A program made the position numbers and the translations under genes. Below are positions 1 through 9,843 of a stretch of 41,442 nucleotides of DNA, piece by piece. This stretch comes from Clostridiales bacterium (GTDB taxonomy: Bacteria; Bacillota; Clostridia; Caldicoprobacterales; DTU083): positions 1-41,442 of the forward strand of contig JAAZEK010000113.1 of the NCBI GenBank assembly GCA_012512335.1, read 5' to 3'. Every line of letters starts with the position of its first letter. Position 1 is the stretch's first letter. The notes beneath the pieces are model-generated. The model ran no database searches. It was not told where the DNA came from and saw only the letters and a program-made list of their open reading frames with translations.

Positions 1-22
1 CAGGAAAATAGAATAGAAGTAT

Positions 23-51
23 TTGTAAACATGCATTATCTTTGGTATAAT
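23..51 (+). promoter_or_regulatory. Candidate sigma-A promoter of the asp23 operon
   Basis: TTGTAA (23-28), a 17-nt spacer, then an extended -10 TGgTATAAT (43-51), about 30 nt upstream of the first CDS. Confidence 0.45.
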
Positions 52-79
52 ATAAATAATACCAAAATAAAATTGGGAG

Positions 80-475
80 GTGGAAAGGTTGACACAACAA
101 AATACCGATAACTATGGGAAGATTACCTTTGCTGATGAGGTCATAGCCATTATTGCAGGTTTGGCAGCAACAGAAATAGCAGGAGTTGCAGGCATGAGTG
201 GTGGTCTCGCTGGTGGAATTGTAGAAATGTTGGGCAGAAAGAACCTATCCAAAGGCGTTAAAGTAGAAGTAGGGGACAAGGAAACTGCAATAGATCTCTT
301 TATAGTTGCAGATTACGGTGTAAGGATACCTGAAATGGCCTGGAACATACAAGAAAATGTTAAGAAGACCGTAGAAAACATGACTGGTCTAGAAGTAAAA
401 GAGGTAAACATACACATTCAAGGGGTTGTTTTTGAAAAAGAAAAGAAAGAAGAAGCCCCACCAAAAGTAAGGTAA
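80..475 (+). CDS. Asp23/Gls24-family alkaline shock protein
   Basis: The family-typical N-terminus GKITFADEVIAIIAGLAATEIAGVAGM is present. The size is about 130 aa with a charged C-terminal tail. GGGAGG (75-80) overlaps the GTG at 80, so the in-frame TTG at 89 is the more likely true start. Confidence 0.85.
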   Translation: MERLTQQNTDNYGKITFADEVIAIIAGLAATEIAGVAGMSGGLAGGIVEMLGRKNLSKGVKVEVGDKETAIDLFIVADYGVRIPEMAWNIQENVKKTVENMTGLEVKEVNIHIQGVVFEKEKKEEAPPKVR

Positions 476-480
476 GAAAA

Positions 481-504
481 AACCCTCTGATTTATCAGAG
501 GGTT
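481..504 (+). terminator. Stem-loop after asp23 (weak or partial terminator)
   Basis: A perfect 10-bp stem AACCCTCTGA/TCAGAGGGTT with loop TTTA. The downstream T-tract is poor (ATTGGTATTG), so this may only attenuate. Confidence 0.4.
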
Positions 505-553
505 ATTGGTATTGTAGACAAAATGTCTTGTATTGTAGAAAGGACTGATTCTT

Positions 554-1102
554 ATGAAATTAAAGATAGGTGATCGTATATTGCTTATCATTTTGGTTCT
601 TATTATTATGTTGTTTTCCCTTGGACTCCTTGCTATAGCCATAGGCATAATACCAGCTAATAGCATTAGCTCATTTATAAGCGAAGCTAACCATGGTATG
701 ACTGCTATAGTTACAGCTGCTATTGCTGTTATCCTGTTTGTCGTAGGTCTTAGGCTTCTAGTAGCAAGCTTGATTCCACCAAAAGCACTGAGTACCATAT
801 TGGCTACTAATGAACTTGGGGTAGTTCGAGTTTCTGTTGCTACTCTTGATACTCTTACCCAGAAAGCTGTTCAAAATTTTCAAGAAGTAAAGGAAGTAAA
901 AAGTCTTGTGCTTCCCGATGCAGATGGAGCTAGAATTCAGCTTAAAATAACTGTATTACCCGATGTTCCAATGCCCGAACTCACCCAATCTATTCAAACT
1001 AAAGTGAAAGAATATATAGAATCCCTTTCAGGTATTAACGTGAAGGAAGTACAGGTATACATAGAGAACCTGAGTATTGCAAAGCCAGTGCGAGTTGAAT
1101 AG
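554..1102 (+). CDS. amaP: Alkaline shock response membrane anchor protein (AmaP-like)
   Basis: Two N-terminal hydrophobic helices followed by a soluble C-terminal domain. It lies directly downstream of the Asp23-family gene, as in known asp23 operons. Confidence 0.65.
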   Translation: MKLKIGDRILLIILVLIIMLFSLGLLAIAIGIIPANSISSFISEANHGMTAIVTAAIAVILFVVGLRLLVASLIPPKALSTILATNELGVVRVSVATLDTLTQKAVQNFQEVKEVKSLVLPDADGARIQLKITVLPDVPMPELTQSIQTKVKEYIESLSGINVKEVQVYIENLSIAKPVRVE

Positions 1103-1112
1103 GAGGGAAGGA

Positions 1113-1346
1113 ATGAAGGAATTCTTGAAGCTCTCTTTTGATAAACACAGAGGGAAAATAATTGGTCTCTTATGCGGACTAATATTTGGCATTTTCATTC
1201 TAGCCTTGGGTTTCTGGCGTGGCTTGTTTTTAACAATATGCATAGCCATTGGCTATTGGATAGGTAAAATGTACGATAAAGAGGAAAATTTTCTTGCCTC
1301 TTTAATTGCTGTTTTACCAGAAAGCATACGTAATAAAATACAATAA
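1113..1346 (+). CDS. Small integral membrane protein (DUF2273-like)
   Basis: The ORF track begins at 1077, but AGGAGGGAAGG (1101-1111) precedes the ATG at 1113 (MKEFLKLSF...). It has two predicted TM segments. It is the third gene of the asp23/amaP operon, as is typical in Firmicutes. Confidence 0.6.
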   Translation: MKEFLKLSFDKHRGKIIGLLCGLIFGIFILALGFWRGLFLTICIAIGYWIGKMYDKEENFLASLIAVLPESIRNKIQ

Positions 1347-1371
1347 TTAAAATCAATCCTAGGAGGATACC

Positions 1372-1803
1372 ATGGCACGACGATCAGCCAGAGAAGCCGC
1401 AATGAGCTTATTGTACCAAAGTAATTATACTCAAGAGTATGACCTTGATGCACTTAAGGATATGGGAGAAGAATGGGAATTGGACGAAAGTGACATTCCA
1501 TACATTGACGACATTCTTTCTGGATGCAAGCGTTATATTGAAGGAATCGATGAACTTATCACCACCCATGCTAAGGGATGGAAATTTGAGCGAATTTCCA
1601 AGGTTGATTTATCTATATTGCGCTTAGCAATCTATGAAATATTATATCGAGATGATATACCAGAAAGCGTATCCATTAATGAAGCTGTTGAACTGTCTAA
1701 AAAATACGGAGGAGAAAAGTCAGGCTCTTTTGTTAATGGCATTTTGGGCACAGTTATTCGTAGTCAAAAGAATTCCTTAGCAAAGAACAATGATACTGAA
1801 TAG
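1372..1803 (+). CDS. nusB: Transcription antitermination factor NusB
   Basis: N-terminus ARRSAREAAMSLLYQ, the motif LAIYEILYRDDIP, and SGSFVNGILG. RBS AGGAGG lies upstream. Confidence 0.93.
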   Translation: MARRSAREAAMSLLYQSNYTQEYDLDALKDMGEEWELDESDIPYIDDILSGCKRYIEGIDELITTHAKGWKFERISKVDLSILRLAIYEILYRDDIPESVSINEAVELSKKYGGEKSGSFVNGILGTVIRSQKNSLAKNNDTE

Positions 1804-1840
1804 GACAACTAGTGCTGAAATAAGTTGAAGGAGGAATTTT

Positions 1841-2686
1841 ATGGCTATTATAATTGATGGCAAAAAGATTGCTAAATATATAAAAGAAACTATCAAAGAA
1901 GATATAAAGGAGCTAAAACAACAACACAGTCTTATACCTGGCCTCTGTGTTGTTTTAGTTGGAGATGACCCTGCTTCAATGGTTTATGTAAGAAATAAGG
2001 AACGAGCCTGTAAGGAAGTTGGAATAAGTTCTACTGTAATTTACATGAAAGAAGAAACAACAGAAGAAGAGCTCTTGACAACCATCAACACCCTTAATCA
2101 AGATAACCGAGTACATGGAATTTTGGTACAATTACCTCTTCCTAAACACATTAATGAAGAAAGTATTATTAATGCCATTTCACCTAGCAAGGATGTTGAT
2201 GGCTTTCATCCAATCCATGCAGGGATGTTGATGAATGGACAGCAAGGTTTGGAACCCTGTACTCCTAAGGGCATTATAAGGCTTATTGAAGAAACTGGAC
2301 AAAGTATTTCTGGAAAGAATGTAGTGGTAATTGGAAGAAGTAACATTGTAGGTAAACCCGTAGCTCTTATGCTTTTACAAAGGAACGCAACTGTAACCAT
2401 AGCACATTCAAAAACACAAAATCTTAAGGAAGTAGCTCATAATGCGGACATTTTAGTTGTTGCTATAGGTAGACCTAAATTTGTTGATAGTAGCTATATT
2501 AAGGAAGGTGCTATTGTAATTGATGTTGGCACAACAAGGGTCGAAGGCTCATTATATGGTGATGTGGATTTTGAAGATGCTAAGGACAAAGCTGGATATA
2601 TAACTCCAGTACCAGGTGGTGTTGGTCCAATGACCATAACCATGCTTTTGGAAAATACACTGGCGGCAGCTAAGAGAACACTATGA
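1841..2686 (+). CDS. folD: Bifunctional methylenetetrahydrofolate dehydrogenase/cyclohydrolase
   Basis: Motifs [23 protein letters not shown] and [10 protein letters not shown]. Confidence 0.95.
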   Translation: MAIIIDGKKIAKYIKETIKEDIKELKQQHSLIPGLCVVLVGDDPASMVYVRNKERACKEVGISSTVIYMKEETTEEELLTTINTLNQDNRVHGILVQLPLPKHINEESIINAISPSKDVDGFHPIHAGMLMNGQQGLEPCTPKGIIRLIEETGQSISGKNVVVIGRSNIVGKPVALMLLQRNATVTIAHSKTQNLKEVAHNADILVVAIGRPKFVDSSYIKEGAIVIDVGTTRVEGSLYGDVDFEDAKDKAGYITPVPGGVGPMTITMLLENTLAAAKRTL

Positions 2687-3927
2687 GTAATCCCGTTATT
2701 TTAACAGTCCACCAATTGAATGATTACGTGCGGGTACTACTAGCACGAGATCCTTTGCTTCAGAGAGTTTGTGTAAAGGGAGAAATATCCAATTTCAAAC
2801 ACCACTCATCTGGACATATGTATTTTTCTCTTAAGGATGAGCAGGATCGCATACAGTGTGTATGGTTTAAGCAGAGAAGAAGTGGTATAAGCTTCCCTGT
2901 TAAAGATGGTATGCGAGTGGTAGTAACGGGTACTGTCTCACTTTACACAAGAGATGGTCAATATCAACTGTATGTAGATAATATGGAACGTGATGGTCAG
3001 GGCAACCTCCACCTTGCTTTTGAAGAATTGAAAAAAAAGCTTAGAGAGGAAGGGCTATTTGATGATGATCTTAAAAAGCCACTTCCAGTATTGCCTAAAA
3101 AAATTGCAATCATTACCTCACATACAGGTGCGGCTGTTCGTGACATTATTCGTGTTATTACTCAGCGAAACCCATATGTTGAACTGCTTATTATCCCTGT
3201 TACTGTTCAGGGGCAGGGTGCCGCTATGCAGATAGCAAAGGCTATTGAGTATGCAAATACAAGAAACGATTTAGATCTTATTATCACAGGTCGTGGTGGT
3301 GGATCAATTGAGGAACTGTGGGCTTATAATGAAGAAATAACCGCAAGGGCTATTTTTAACTCAAATCTGCCTATTATTTCTGCTGTAGGTCATGAGACAG
3401 ATTTTACCATAGCAGACTTTGTTGCAGATTTACGAGCCTCAACTCCATCCAATGCTGGTGAATTAGCTGTGTCTGAAACGAGCACATTGATGTCCATCAT
3501 TAAAAGCATACAAAAAAGCTTATCAAATGCAATGGATTTCAACATTAGTCGTAAACACCATAGTCTGGAATTACTAAAGAAGCATTATGTTTTTCAGACC
3601 CCACGATTGGTAGTAGATCAACACAGTCAATACCTTGATCAATTGATTCAACGAATGAGTCATGCTGTAGAGTCTCATTATAATCGTGCTCGAGAACAAA
3701 TGTCACAACTGGTTTCTTCATTACAGGCATTAAGTCCCTTAGAGGTTTTGGCACGTGGTTATGCGATTCCTTTCAGAGAAGATATGGCAAAGCCAGTTAG
3801 ATCTATCAAACAATTATCACCTAAACAACAGATTAGATTGCTATTTCAAGATGGACAAGCAGTTTGCACAGTGAATGAAGTGGCTTCTACATCTAATTCT
3901 ACGGAGGATAATATAAGGAGAAAATAA
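2683..3927 (+). CDS. xseA: Exodeoxyribonuclease VII large subunit
   Basis: An OB-fold N-terminus ([22 protein letters not shown]), the motif [11 protein letters not shown], and GHETDFT. It overlaps folD by ATGA. Confidence 0.94.
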   Translation: MSNPVILTVHQLNDYVRVLLARDPLLQRVCVKGEISNFKHHSSGHMYFSLKDEQDRIQCVWFKQRRSGISFPVKDGMRVVVTGTVSLYTRDGQYQLYVDNMERDGQGNLHLAFEELKKKLREEGLFDDDLKKPLPVLPKKIAIITSHTGAAVRDIIRVITQRNPYVELLIIPVTVQGQGAAMQIAKAIEYANTRNDLDLIITGRGGGSIEELWAYNEEITARAIFNSNLPIISAVGHETDFTIADFVADLRASTPSNAGELAVSETSTLMSIIKSIQKSLSNAMDFNISRKHHSLELLKKHYVFQTPRLVVDQHSQYLDQLIQRMSHAVESHYNRAREQMSQLVSSLQALSPLEVLARGYAIPFREDMAKPVRSIKQLSPKQQIRLLFQDGQAVCTVNEVASTSNSTEDNIRRK

Positions 3928-3928
3928 T

Positions 3929-4189
3929 ATGGAAGATAAGTCTTTAAAAAAATCCAATCTTGCCTTTGAGGATGCCATAAAGGAATTAGAGAAAATTGTA
4001 GAGGAACTAGAAAAAGGCGATGTTTCTCTGGAGAAATCTTTGGATTTATATAAACGTGGTGTTGAATTAACTAATTTGTGTAATCATAAGTTAACAGAAG
4101 CACAAGGAGTGGTACGGATATTGTCACGAAACTCATCCGGCGAGCTTCAAGAAACAGAATTTGATATTGATGAGAAGGGGACTCGTTAA
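3929..4189 (+). CDS. xseB: Exodeoxyribonuclease VII small subunit
   Basis: An 86-aa helical protein with FEDAIKELEKIVEELEKGDVSLEKSLDLYKRG, immediately after xseA. Confidence 0.92.
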   Translation: MEDKSLKKSNLAFEDAIKELEKIVEELEKGDVSLEKSLDLYKRGVELTNLCNHKLTEAQGVVRILSRNSSGELQETEFDIDEKGTR

Positions 4190-4191
4190 GT

Positions 4192-5115
4192 ATGGATTTT
4201 AATAAAGCTTATAATGAAAAGCTTACATACATAAATCACAGCCTCGAAAACCTGCTGAAGGATAGAGACAGCCATCCTGCTGTTCTGAGTGCCATGGAAT
4301 ACAGTCTATTAGCAGGTGGGAAACGATTACGTCCGGTATTGTTACTTTCTGCATATGAACTAGCATACCTGCAGGATAACAGCCAGAAGATTGAGATAAC
4401 TAAATCAGAGTTGGATTTCATCCTGCCTATGGCATGTGCTATAGAGATGATTCATAATTATTCTCTCATTCATGACGATCTTCCTGCTATGGATAATGAT
4501 GATTACAGAAGGGGCAAGCTCACCAATCATAAGGTATTTGGAGAAGCCACAGCAATTCTTGCAGGTGATGGACTATTGAATCTGGCTTATGAAGTTATGC
4601 TAGAAAACATCCCGGATTCTCCGCAAATGATTAACAATTATGTCAAGGCAATGTCAGAAATTGCCTATTCTGCTGGTATATCTGGAATGATAGGTGGACA
4701 GATTGCTGATATGGAAAATCAGGGCGAAGCTAATGAAGAGGAAATGTTAAAATATATACATACTCATAAAACGGAAGCTTTGATTACCGCTTCTTTAAAA
4801 GCAGGGGTTTTAGCTTATAATAATGAACCAGAGGTATTAAATGGTGTAATAGCCTACGGTAAAGCTCTTGGACTTGCCTTTCAGATTACAGATGATATAT
4901 TGGACTTAACTGGGGAGTTTTCTCAGTTAGGAAAGGCTACTGGCCAAGATGAAAAAATGGGCAAGCAAACTTACCCTGCTAGATATGGTTTAGAAAAGTC
5001 CAAGGTCCTAGCTCGTGAATACATTGATGAATCAATTTCATGTTTAGAGCCTTTTGGTACAAAATCAGAATTTTTAAAATTTCTTTCCTTGTCTATATTG
5101 GACAGGAAACGTTGA
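4192..5115 (+). CDS. ispA: Polyprenyl (farnesyl/geranylgeranyl) diphosphate synthase
   Basis: Two aspartate-rich motifs: IHDDLPAMDNDDYRRG and FQITDDILD. Confidence 0.9.
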   Translation: MDFNKAYNEKLTYINHSLENLLKDRDSHPAVLSAMEYSLLAGGKRLRPVLLLSAYELAYLQDNSQKIEITKSELDFILPMACAIEMIHNYSLIHDDLPAMDNDDYRRGKLTNHKVFGEATAILAGDGLLNLAYEVMLENIPDSPQMINNYVKAMSEIAYSAGISGMIGGQIADMENQGEANEEEMLKYIHTHKTEALITASLKAGVLAYNNEPEVLNGVIAYGKALGLAFQITDDILDLTGEFSQLGKATGQDEKMGKQTYPARYGLEKSKVLAREYIDESISCLEPFGTKSEFLKFLSLSILDRKR

Positions 5116-5128
5116 GGGAGGAATCCTG

Positions 5129-5566
5129 TTGTCAGTAGTCACGGAAATTGCACAGAACCGAATCTTATGGAATAGTATACTAGCCTGGTTTATAGCCCAG
5201 GTATTTAAGGTGTTTTTAACTCTCATTCTTGATAAGCGCTGGGATTTTGCTCGTTTTGTTGGCTCAGGAGGAATGCCTAGCTCGCACTCAGCTATTATGA
5301 CCTGCATGGCAACTTCTATAGGTATGCAGGAAGGATTTCATTCACCCATATTTGCCCTGTCAGTAGCTAGTACCCTAGTAGTTATGTACGATGCTGCAGG
5401 CGTACGAAGAGCAGCTGGAAAACAAGCAATTGTTTTGAATGAAATAGTTAGGGAGCTGCAATCCAAGCACACGATAACAGAAGGAAAACTGAAGGAATTA
5501 TTAGGACACACTCCTATAGAAGTAATTGCAGGTGCAATCTTGGGAATTCTAGTAGCTGTGCTTTAA
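5129..5566 (+). CDS. Divergent PAP2-family membrane protein (DUF212, acid phosphatase/vanadium haloperoxidase-related)
   Basis: Family motifs GGMPSSHSA and MYDAAGVRR. TTG start preceded by GAGGGAGG. Multi-pass membrane profile. Confidence 0.75.
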   Translation: MSVVTEIAQNRILWNSILAWFIAQVFKVFLTLILDKRWDFARFVGSGGMPSSHSAIMTCMATSIGMQEGFHSPIFALSVASTLVVMYDAAGVRRAAGKQAIVLNEIVRELQSKHTITEGKLKELLGHTPIEVIAGAILGILVAVL

Positions 5567-5572
5567 CCTAAC

Positions 5573-5601
5573 TTGTTGACTTCTTGAATAAATGATATAA
5601 T
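5573..5601 (+). promoter_or_regulatory. Candidate sigma-A promoter of dxs
   Basis: TTGTTG (5573-78), a 17-nt spacer, then an extended -10 TGaTATAAT (5593-5601). Confidence 0.4.
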
Positions 5602-5666
5602 CTACACTTGCATAAGCTGACTTATTTATGCTTGTCAAATAAGTCATAGATAAAAGAGAGGATACC

Positions 5667-7562
5667 ATGATGTCATTGTTAGACAAGATAAAACAACCCA
5701 GTGATTTGAAAAGTTTCAACCAGCAAGACCTCCCGATTCTAGCACAGGAAATAAGGCAGTTTATATTACAAAAAGTGTCGGAAACCGGAGGCCATTTGGC
5801 ATCTAATCTTGGTGTTGTTGAACTTACCTTGGCTCTTCACTATGTATACAATAGCCCTATAGACAAAATTGTTTGGGATGTAGGGCATCAAAGCTACGTA
5901 CACAAAATTCTTACATCTCGCAGAGAAGAATTTCACACCCTCCGTCAATACGGCGGGCTTAGTGGCTTTCCCAAACAAAGTGAAAGCATCCATGATGTCT
6001 TTGAAACTGGGCATAGTAGTACCTCAATATCCGCCGCCCTAGGCTTGGCCAAAGCGAGAGATCTAAAAGGAGAAAGCAATAATGTTGTGGCTGTTATTGG
6101 AGATGGAGCGCTGACAGGTGGCATGGCACTAGAGGCACTAAATGATGCAGGTAGATTGAATACCAGTTTTACTGTTATTTTAAACGATAACGAAATGTCT
6201 ATTGCCCCTAATGTAGGTGCTATGGCTTCATATCTGACTAAAATTCGATCCAATCTAAGGTATAAGTGGTTTAAGAAGGAATTCGCTCAATTTTTGCGAA
6301 GTGTTCCACTGATTGGAGAATGGGTGGCGGGAAAATTAGAGAAGCTAAAAAATAGTTTTAAATACCTGTTGGTACCCGGAGTTTTGTTTGAAGAATTAGG
6401 TTTTACTTATATGGGACCTGTTGACGGCCATGACTTACCCACACTTATTTCTACCCTAAATCGAGCGAAGCGATTACAAGAGCCTACCCTTATTCATGTA
6501 ATTACTCGAAAGGGGAAGGGGTATTATTACTCGGAAACCGACCCTGCTCAGTACCATGGAGTAGCTCCCTTTGATATTGAGAATGGTGAAAATACTTATA
6601 ATGGAAAATCGGTTTCTTATTCTAAAACATTAGGAATTCATCTTTCCAAGCTAGGATCTATTCATCCCGAACTTACCACCATCACTGCTGCTATGCCTGA
6701 TGGCACTGGTCTGTCATATTTTCAAAATCGATTTCCCAATCGCTTCTTTGATGTAGGTATTGCAGAGCAACATGCGGTCACCTTTGCAGCTGGGCTAGCA
6801 ATCAGTGGTCTAAGACCAGTAGTTGCAATATATTCTACCTTCTTACAGAGAGCCTATGATCAAATTGCTCATGATGTATGTCGTCAAAATTTACCCGTAA
6901 TATTTGCCATTGATCGAGCGGGGTTGGTGGGCGAAGATGGTGATACCCACCATGGAGTCTTTGACCTAAGTTACCTAATCCATTTACCTAACCTAAGCAT
7001 TATGGCGCCTAAGAATACAGAAGAATTAAAATATATGTTGGAGTATTCACTAGAAATCAACTCACCTATAGCCATTCGTTATCCAAAGGAAAGCACCAAG
7101 TTAGCAGAGGAGTTGCCTTCTGCCCCTATTTCCTGTTTAAATTGGGAAGTCTTGCATAAGGGTCAGGATATAGCTATTCTTGCTGTAGGGACGATGGTGG
7201 AGCTCGCATTGCAGACAATGGATTTATTGGACAAGAAAGGACTTAATCCCACCTTAGTCAATGCGCGTATTGTAAAACCCTTGGATAGGTCGCTATTAGA
7301 CAAGCTAGCAAAATCTGGACATACCCTCTTTATCACCATGGAAGAAAATGTATTAAATGGCGGATTCGGAAGCAGTGTTAATGAATACATTCTCAAAGAA
7401 AATAACGATATTCAAGTGGTAAATATCGGCATTCCTGATAGATATATCGAACATGGCAGTATACAGCAGCTGAGATATTCTCTTCATCTGGATCCTACAT
7501 CCATAGCCTCACAAATTTTCAGCTCTACCAGAAAGGAGAAATCCCATGCAAGACTCTCATAA
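5667..7562 (+). CDS. dxs: 1-deoxy-D-xylulose-5-phosphate synthase
   Basis: Motifs GGHLASNLGVVELTLALH, the TPP-binding IGDGALTGGMALEALN, and GEDGDTHHG. Length 631 aa. Confidence 0.95.
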   Translation: MMSLLDKIKQPSDLKSFNQQDLPILAQEIRQFILQKVSETGGHLASNLGVVELTLALHYVYNSPIDKIVWDVGHQSYVHKILTSRREEFHTLRQYGGLSGFPKQSESIHDVFETGHSSTSISAALGLAKARDLKGESNNVVAVIGDGALTGGMALEALNDAGRLNTSFTVILNDNEMSIAPNVGAMASYLTKIRSNLRYKWFKKEFAQFLRSVPLIGEWVAGKLEKLKNSFKYLLVPGVLFEELGFTYMGPVDGHDLPTLISTLNRAKRLQEPTLIHVITRKGKGYYYSETDPAQYHGVAPFDIENGENTYNGKSVSYSKTLGIHLSKLGSIHPELTTITAAMPDGTGLSYFQNRFPNRFFDVGIAEQHAVTFAAGLAISGLRPVVAIYSTFLQRAYDQIAHDVCRQNLPVIFAIDRAGLVGEDGDTHHGVFDLSYLIHLPNLSIMAPKNTEELKYMLEYSLEINSPIAIRYPKESTKLAEELPSAPISCLNWEVLHKGQDIAILAVGTMVELALQTMDLLDKKGLNPTLVNARIVKPLDRSLLDKLAKSGHTLFITMEENVLNGGFGSSVNEYILKENNDIQVVNIGIPDRYIEHGSIQQLRYSLHLDPTSIASQIFSSTRKEKSHARLS

Positions 7563-8373
7563 AGCACGGATTGATATCCTTTTGGTTGAAAAAGGCTTAG
7601 CAAGTAGTCGTGAGAAAGCGAAGGGAATTATTATGGCTGGATTGGTTTTTGTAGATCAGCAGCGTGTAGATAAGCCCGGAACCTCAGTAGCCGTAGATAG
7701 CAAAATTGAGGTTAAGGGTACAGACAATCCCTATGTCAGCCGTGGGGGGCTTAAACTAGAGAAAGCACTTGAGCAATTCGATGTTGAAGTTAAAGAACTT
7801 ATTTGGCTAGATATTGGAGCTTCTACAGGAGGGTTTACTCATTGCTTATTGAATAATGGAGCAAGCCAGGTATATTCCATTGATGTCGGCTATGGACAAC
7901 TTGCCTGGGAATTACGTCAGGATCCCAGAGTCATTGTTATGGAGCGGACCAATATACGGAATGTAAAAAGAGAGGATTTGGCAACTGTTCCTCAAGGCGC
8001 AGTTATAGATGTTTCCTTTATCTCATTGAAACTGGTTTTGCCTGTAGCCCTTGATCTCCTAGCTGATAATAGCACTATTATAGCTTTGATTAAACCACAG
8101 TTTGAAGTCGGAAAGGGTAAGGTTGGAAAAAAGGGTGTAGTCAGGGACAAACTATTGCATTTAGAGGTATTATCTGAGATAGTAAGTTATAGTGAAAGTT
8201 TGAATTTAAAATTGCTAGGTTTGGATTTTTCACCAATTACCGGTCCTGAAGGTAATATAGAGTTTCTAGGGTATTTCTCCAAGGGAAATACTGATGCTAT
8301 TGAGCAGTCTCCTTCTCTCATAATAGAGGAGATTGTAAACAATGCTCATAAGTTTTTTGAAAAAAGCAGGTGA
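7546..8373 (+). CDS. tlyA: TlyA-family rRNA (cytidine-2'-O)-methyltransferase
   Basis: An S4-like N-terminus (RIDILLVEKGLASSREKAKGII) plus the FtsJ-type SAM motif LDIGASTGGFT. It overlaps the end of dxs by 17 nt. Confidence 0.88.
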   Translation: MQDSHKARIDILLVEKGLASSREKAKGIIMAGLVFVDQQRVDKPGTSVAVDSKIEVKGTDNPYVSRGGLKLEKALEQFDVEVKELIWLDIGASTGGFTHCLLNNGASQVYSIDVGYGQLAWELRQDPRVIVMERTNIRNVKREDLATVPQGAVIDVSFISLKLVLPVALDLLADNSTIIALIKPQFEVGKGKVGKKGVVRDKLLHLEVLSEIVSYSESLNLKLLGLDFSPITGPEGNIEFLGYFSKGNTDAIEQSPSLIIEEIVNNAHKFFEKSR

Positions 8374-8377
8374 TTAA

Positions 8378-9232
8378 ATGATTAAGCTTGGTATTATATC
8401 CAATCTATCCAAGGACATCACAGGTGATAATACAAAAGAGGTTTTAAATGGTATATTAGAACGTAGTATGATACCTTTAGTCACTCCTTCTGTTTATCAG
8501 CTATGCCAACTTGGAAATCTTTTGGCAGAAGACGAAATATATAAGCAATCTGACCTTATATTGGTGCTAGGCGGAGATGGAACTATATTACATAGCTCCA
8601 GAAAAGCTGCTGAGTACCAAAAACCTCTCCTAGGAATTAACTTAGGACACCTAGGTTTCTTAGCTGAAGCAGAGATGGTTAATCTGCCATCAATACTGGA
8701 TGCTCTAGCATTGGGCAAATACAAAATTGATAAGCGTATGATGATTGAAGCAAAGGTTATGCGAGGTCAGCAGGTTTTAAAGAGCGCTATTGCGCTAAAT
8801 GATGTCATTGTTAGTAAAGGAGTGTATGGAAGAATAATACACTTAAACCTGAATATAAATGGTGAGTTTGTCAACTACTACGCAGCTGACGGTTTGTTGG
8901 TTTCCAGCCCAACTGGGTCAACTGCTTACTCATTATCTGCTGGCGGTCCAATTATAGATCCGGAAATGGAATGTCTATTAGTAACACCTGTTAGCCCACA
9001 TACTCTTAATTCCAGACCAATTGTAACTCATTCCTCATCTTTGATAGAAATAGAGAGCATTGACAAAAATAGAGATGTACAGGTAACTATTGATGGACAG
9101 CAAATAGTTAATTTGACTGAAGGAGATCGTATTATAATTGAAAAAGCTAATCAAAAGACTCATCTAATACGTATTTCCGGTTACAATTTTTATAAACTTC
9201 TTCGAAATAAACTATTTGTCCGAAATGTTTAA
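8378..9232 (+). CDS. nadK: NAD+ kinase
   Basis: The GGDGT motif (VLGGDGTILH), then ADGLLVSSPTGSTAYSLSAGGPI. Confidence 0.93.
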   Translation: MIKLGIISNLSKDITGDNTKEVLNGILERSMIPLVTPSVYQLCQLGNLLAEDEIYKQSDLILVLGGDGTILHSSRKAAEYQKPLLGINLGHLGFLAEAEMVNLPSILDALALGKYKIDKRMMIEAKVMRGQQVLKSAIALNDVIVSKGVYGRIIHLNLNINGEFVNYYAADGLLVSSPTGSTAYSLSAGGPIIDPEMECLLVTPVSPHTLNSRPIVTHSSSLIEIESIDKNRDVQVTIDGQQIVNLTEGDRIIIEKANQKTHLIRISGYNFYKLLRNKLFVRNV

Positions 9233-9285
9233 GTACATTATTTTTCATAGGAAGTTTAAATAGAAATAAGGAAGGTCGTGGGAGT

Positions 9286-9735
9286 ATGAAATATAGTAGG
9301 CATGCCATGATTCTAAAACTAATTGAAGAAAAGGACATTGAAACACAGGAAGAGTTGGTAAATGAACTTAGGGCTAACGGCATGGATGTGACACAAGCTA
9401 CGGTATCCAGGGATATTAAAGAGTTGAGGATGGTTAAAGTTCTGGGTAAGGGCGGGATATACAAATACGCTGCGATAGAACGACAGGATACGGATACATC
9501 CGAGCGCATGATTAGAGTCTTTTCAGAGTCAGTTATCAGTATGGACCATGCCAACAATCTGATAGTTATTCGCACAATAGTTGCAGGCGCACAAGGAGCG
9601 GCTTCAGCTATTGACTCAATGAATTGGCCAGAAATCATTGGTTGTATAGCAGGAGATGATACTATTTTAGTTGTTATACGAGAGAATTCCATGGTAAATG
9701 ACATATTGAAACGTTTCTCTAATATGATTCGATAG
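9286..9735 (+). CDS. argR: Arginine repressor
   Basis: A winged-helix N-terminus (QEELVNELRANGMDVTQATVSRDIKEL) and C-terminal GCIAGDDTILVV. Confidence 0.92.
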   Translation: MKYSRHAMILKLIEEKDIETQEELVNELRANGMDVTQATVSRDIKELRMVKVLGKGGIYKYAAIERQDTDTSERMIRVFSESVISMDHANNLIVIRTIVAGAQGAASAIDSMNWPEIIGCIAGDDTILVVIRENSMVNDILKRFSNMIR

Positions 9736-9843
9736 TGATTCAGATGTAGACTCTACTCCAATTGAATGAATAAGAGTTAACGAATTACTCATAGAAGTTA
9801 GCATTTCAATATAGGATAAATAGATAAATACATAAGGTAAGGT

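Noticed and set aside
418-798. A 126-aa minus-strand ORF spanning the asp23 3' end, the terminator hairpin and the amaP 5' end.
   Set aside because: It is antisense to two well-supported + strand genes and crosses a terminator stem-loop. It has no RBS and low-complexity composition. It is a typical shadow ORF.
9147-9704. A 185-aa minus-strand ORF.
   Set aside because: It is fully antisense to argR and the end of nadK, both with unambiguous family motifs. It shows no recognisable domain.
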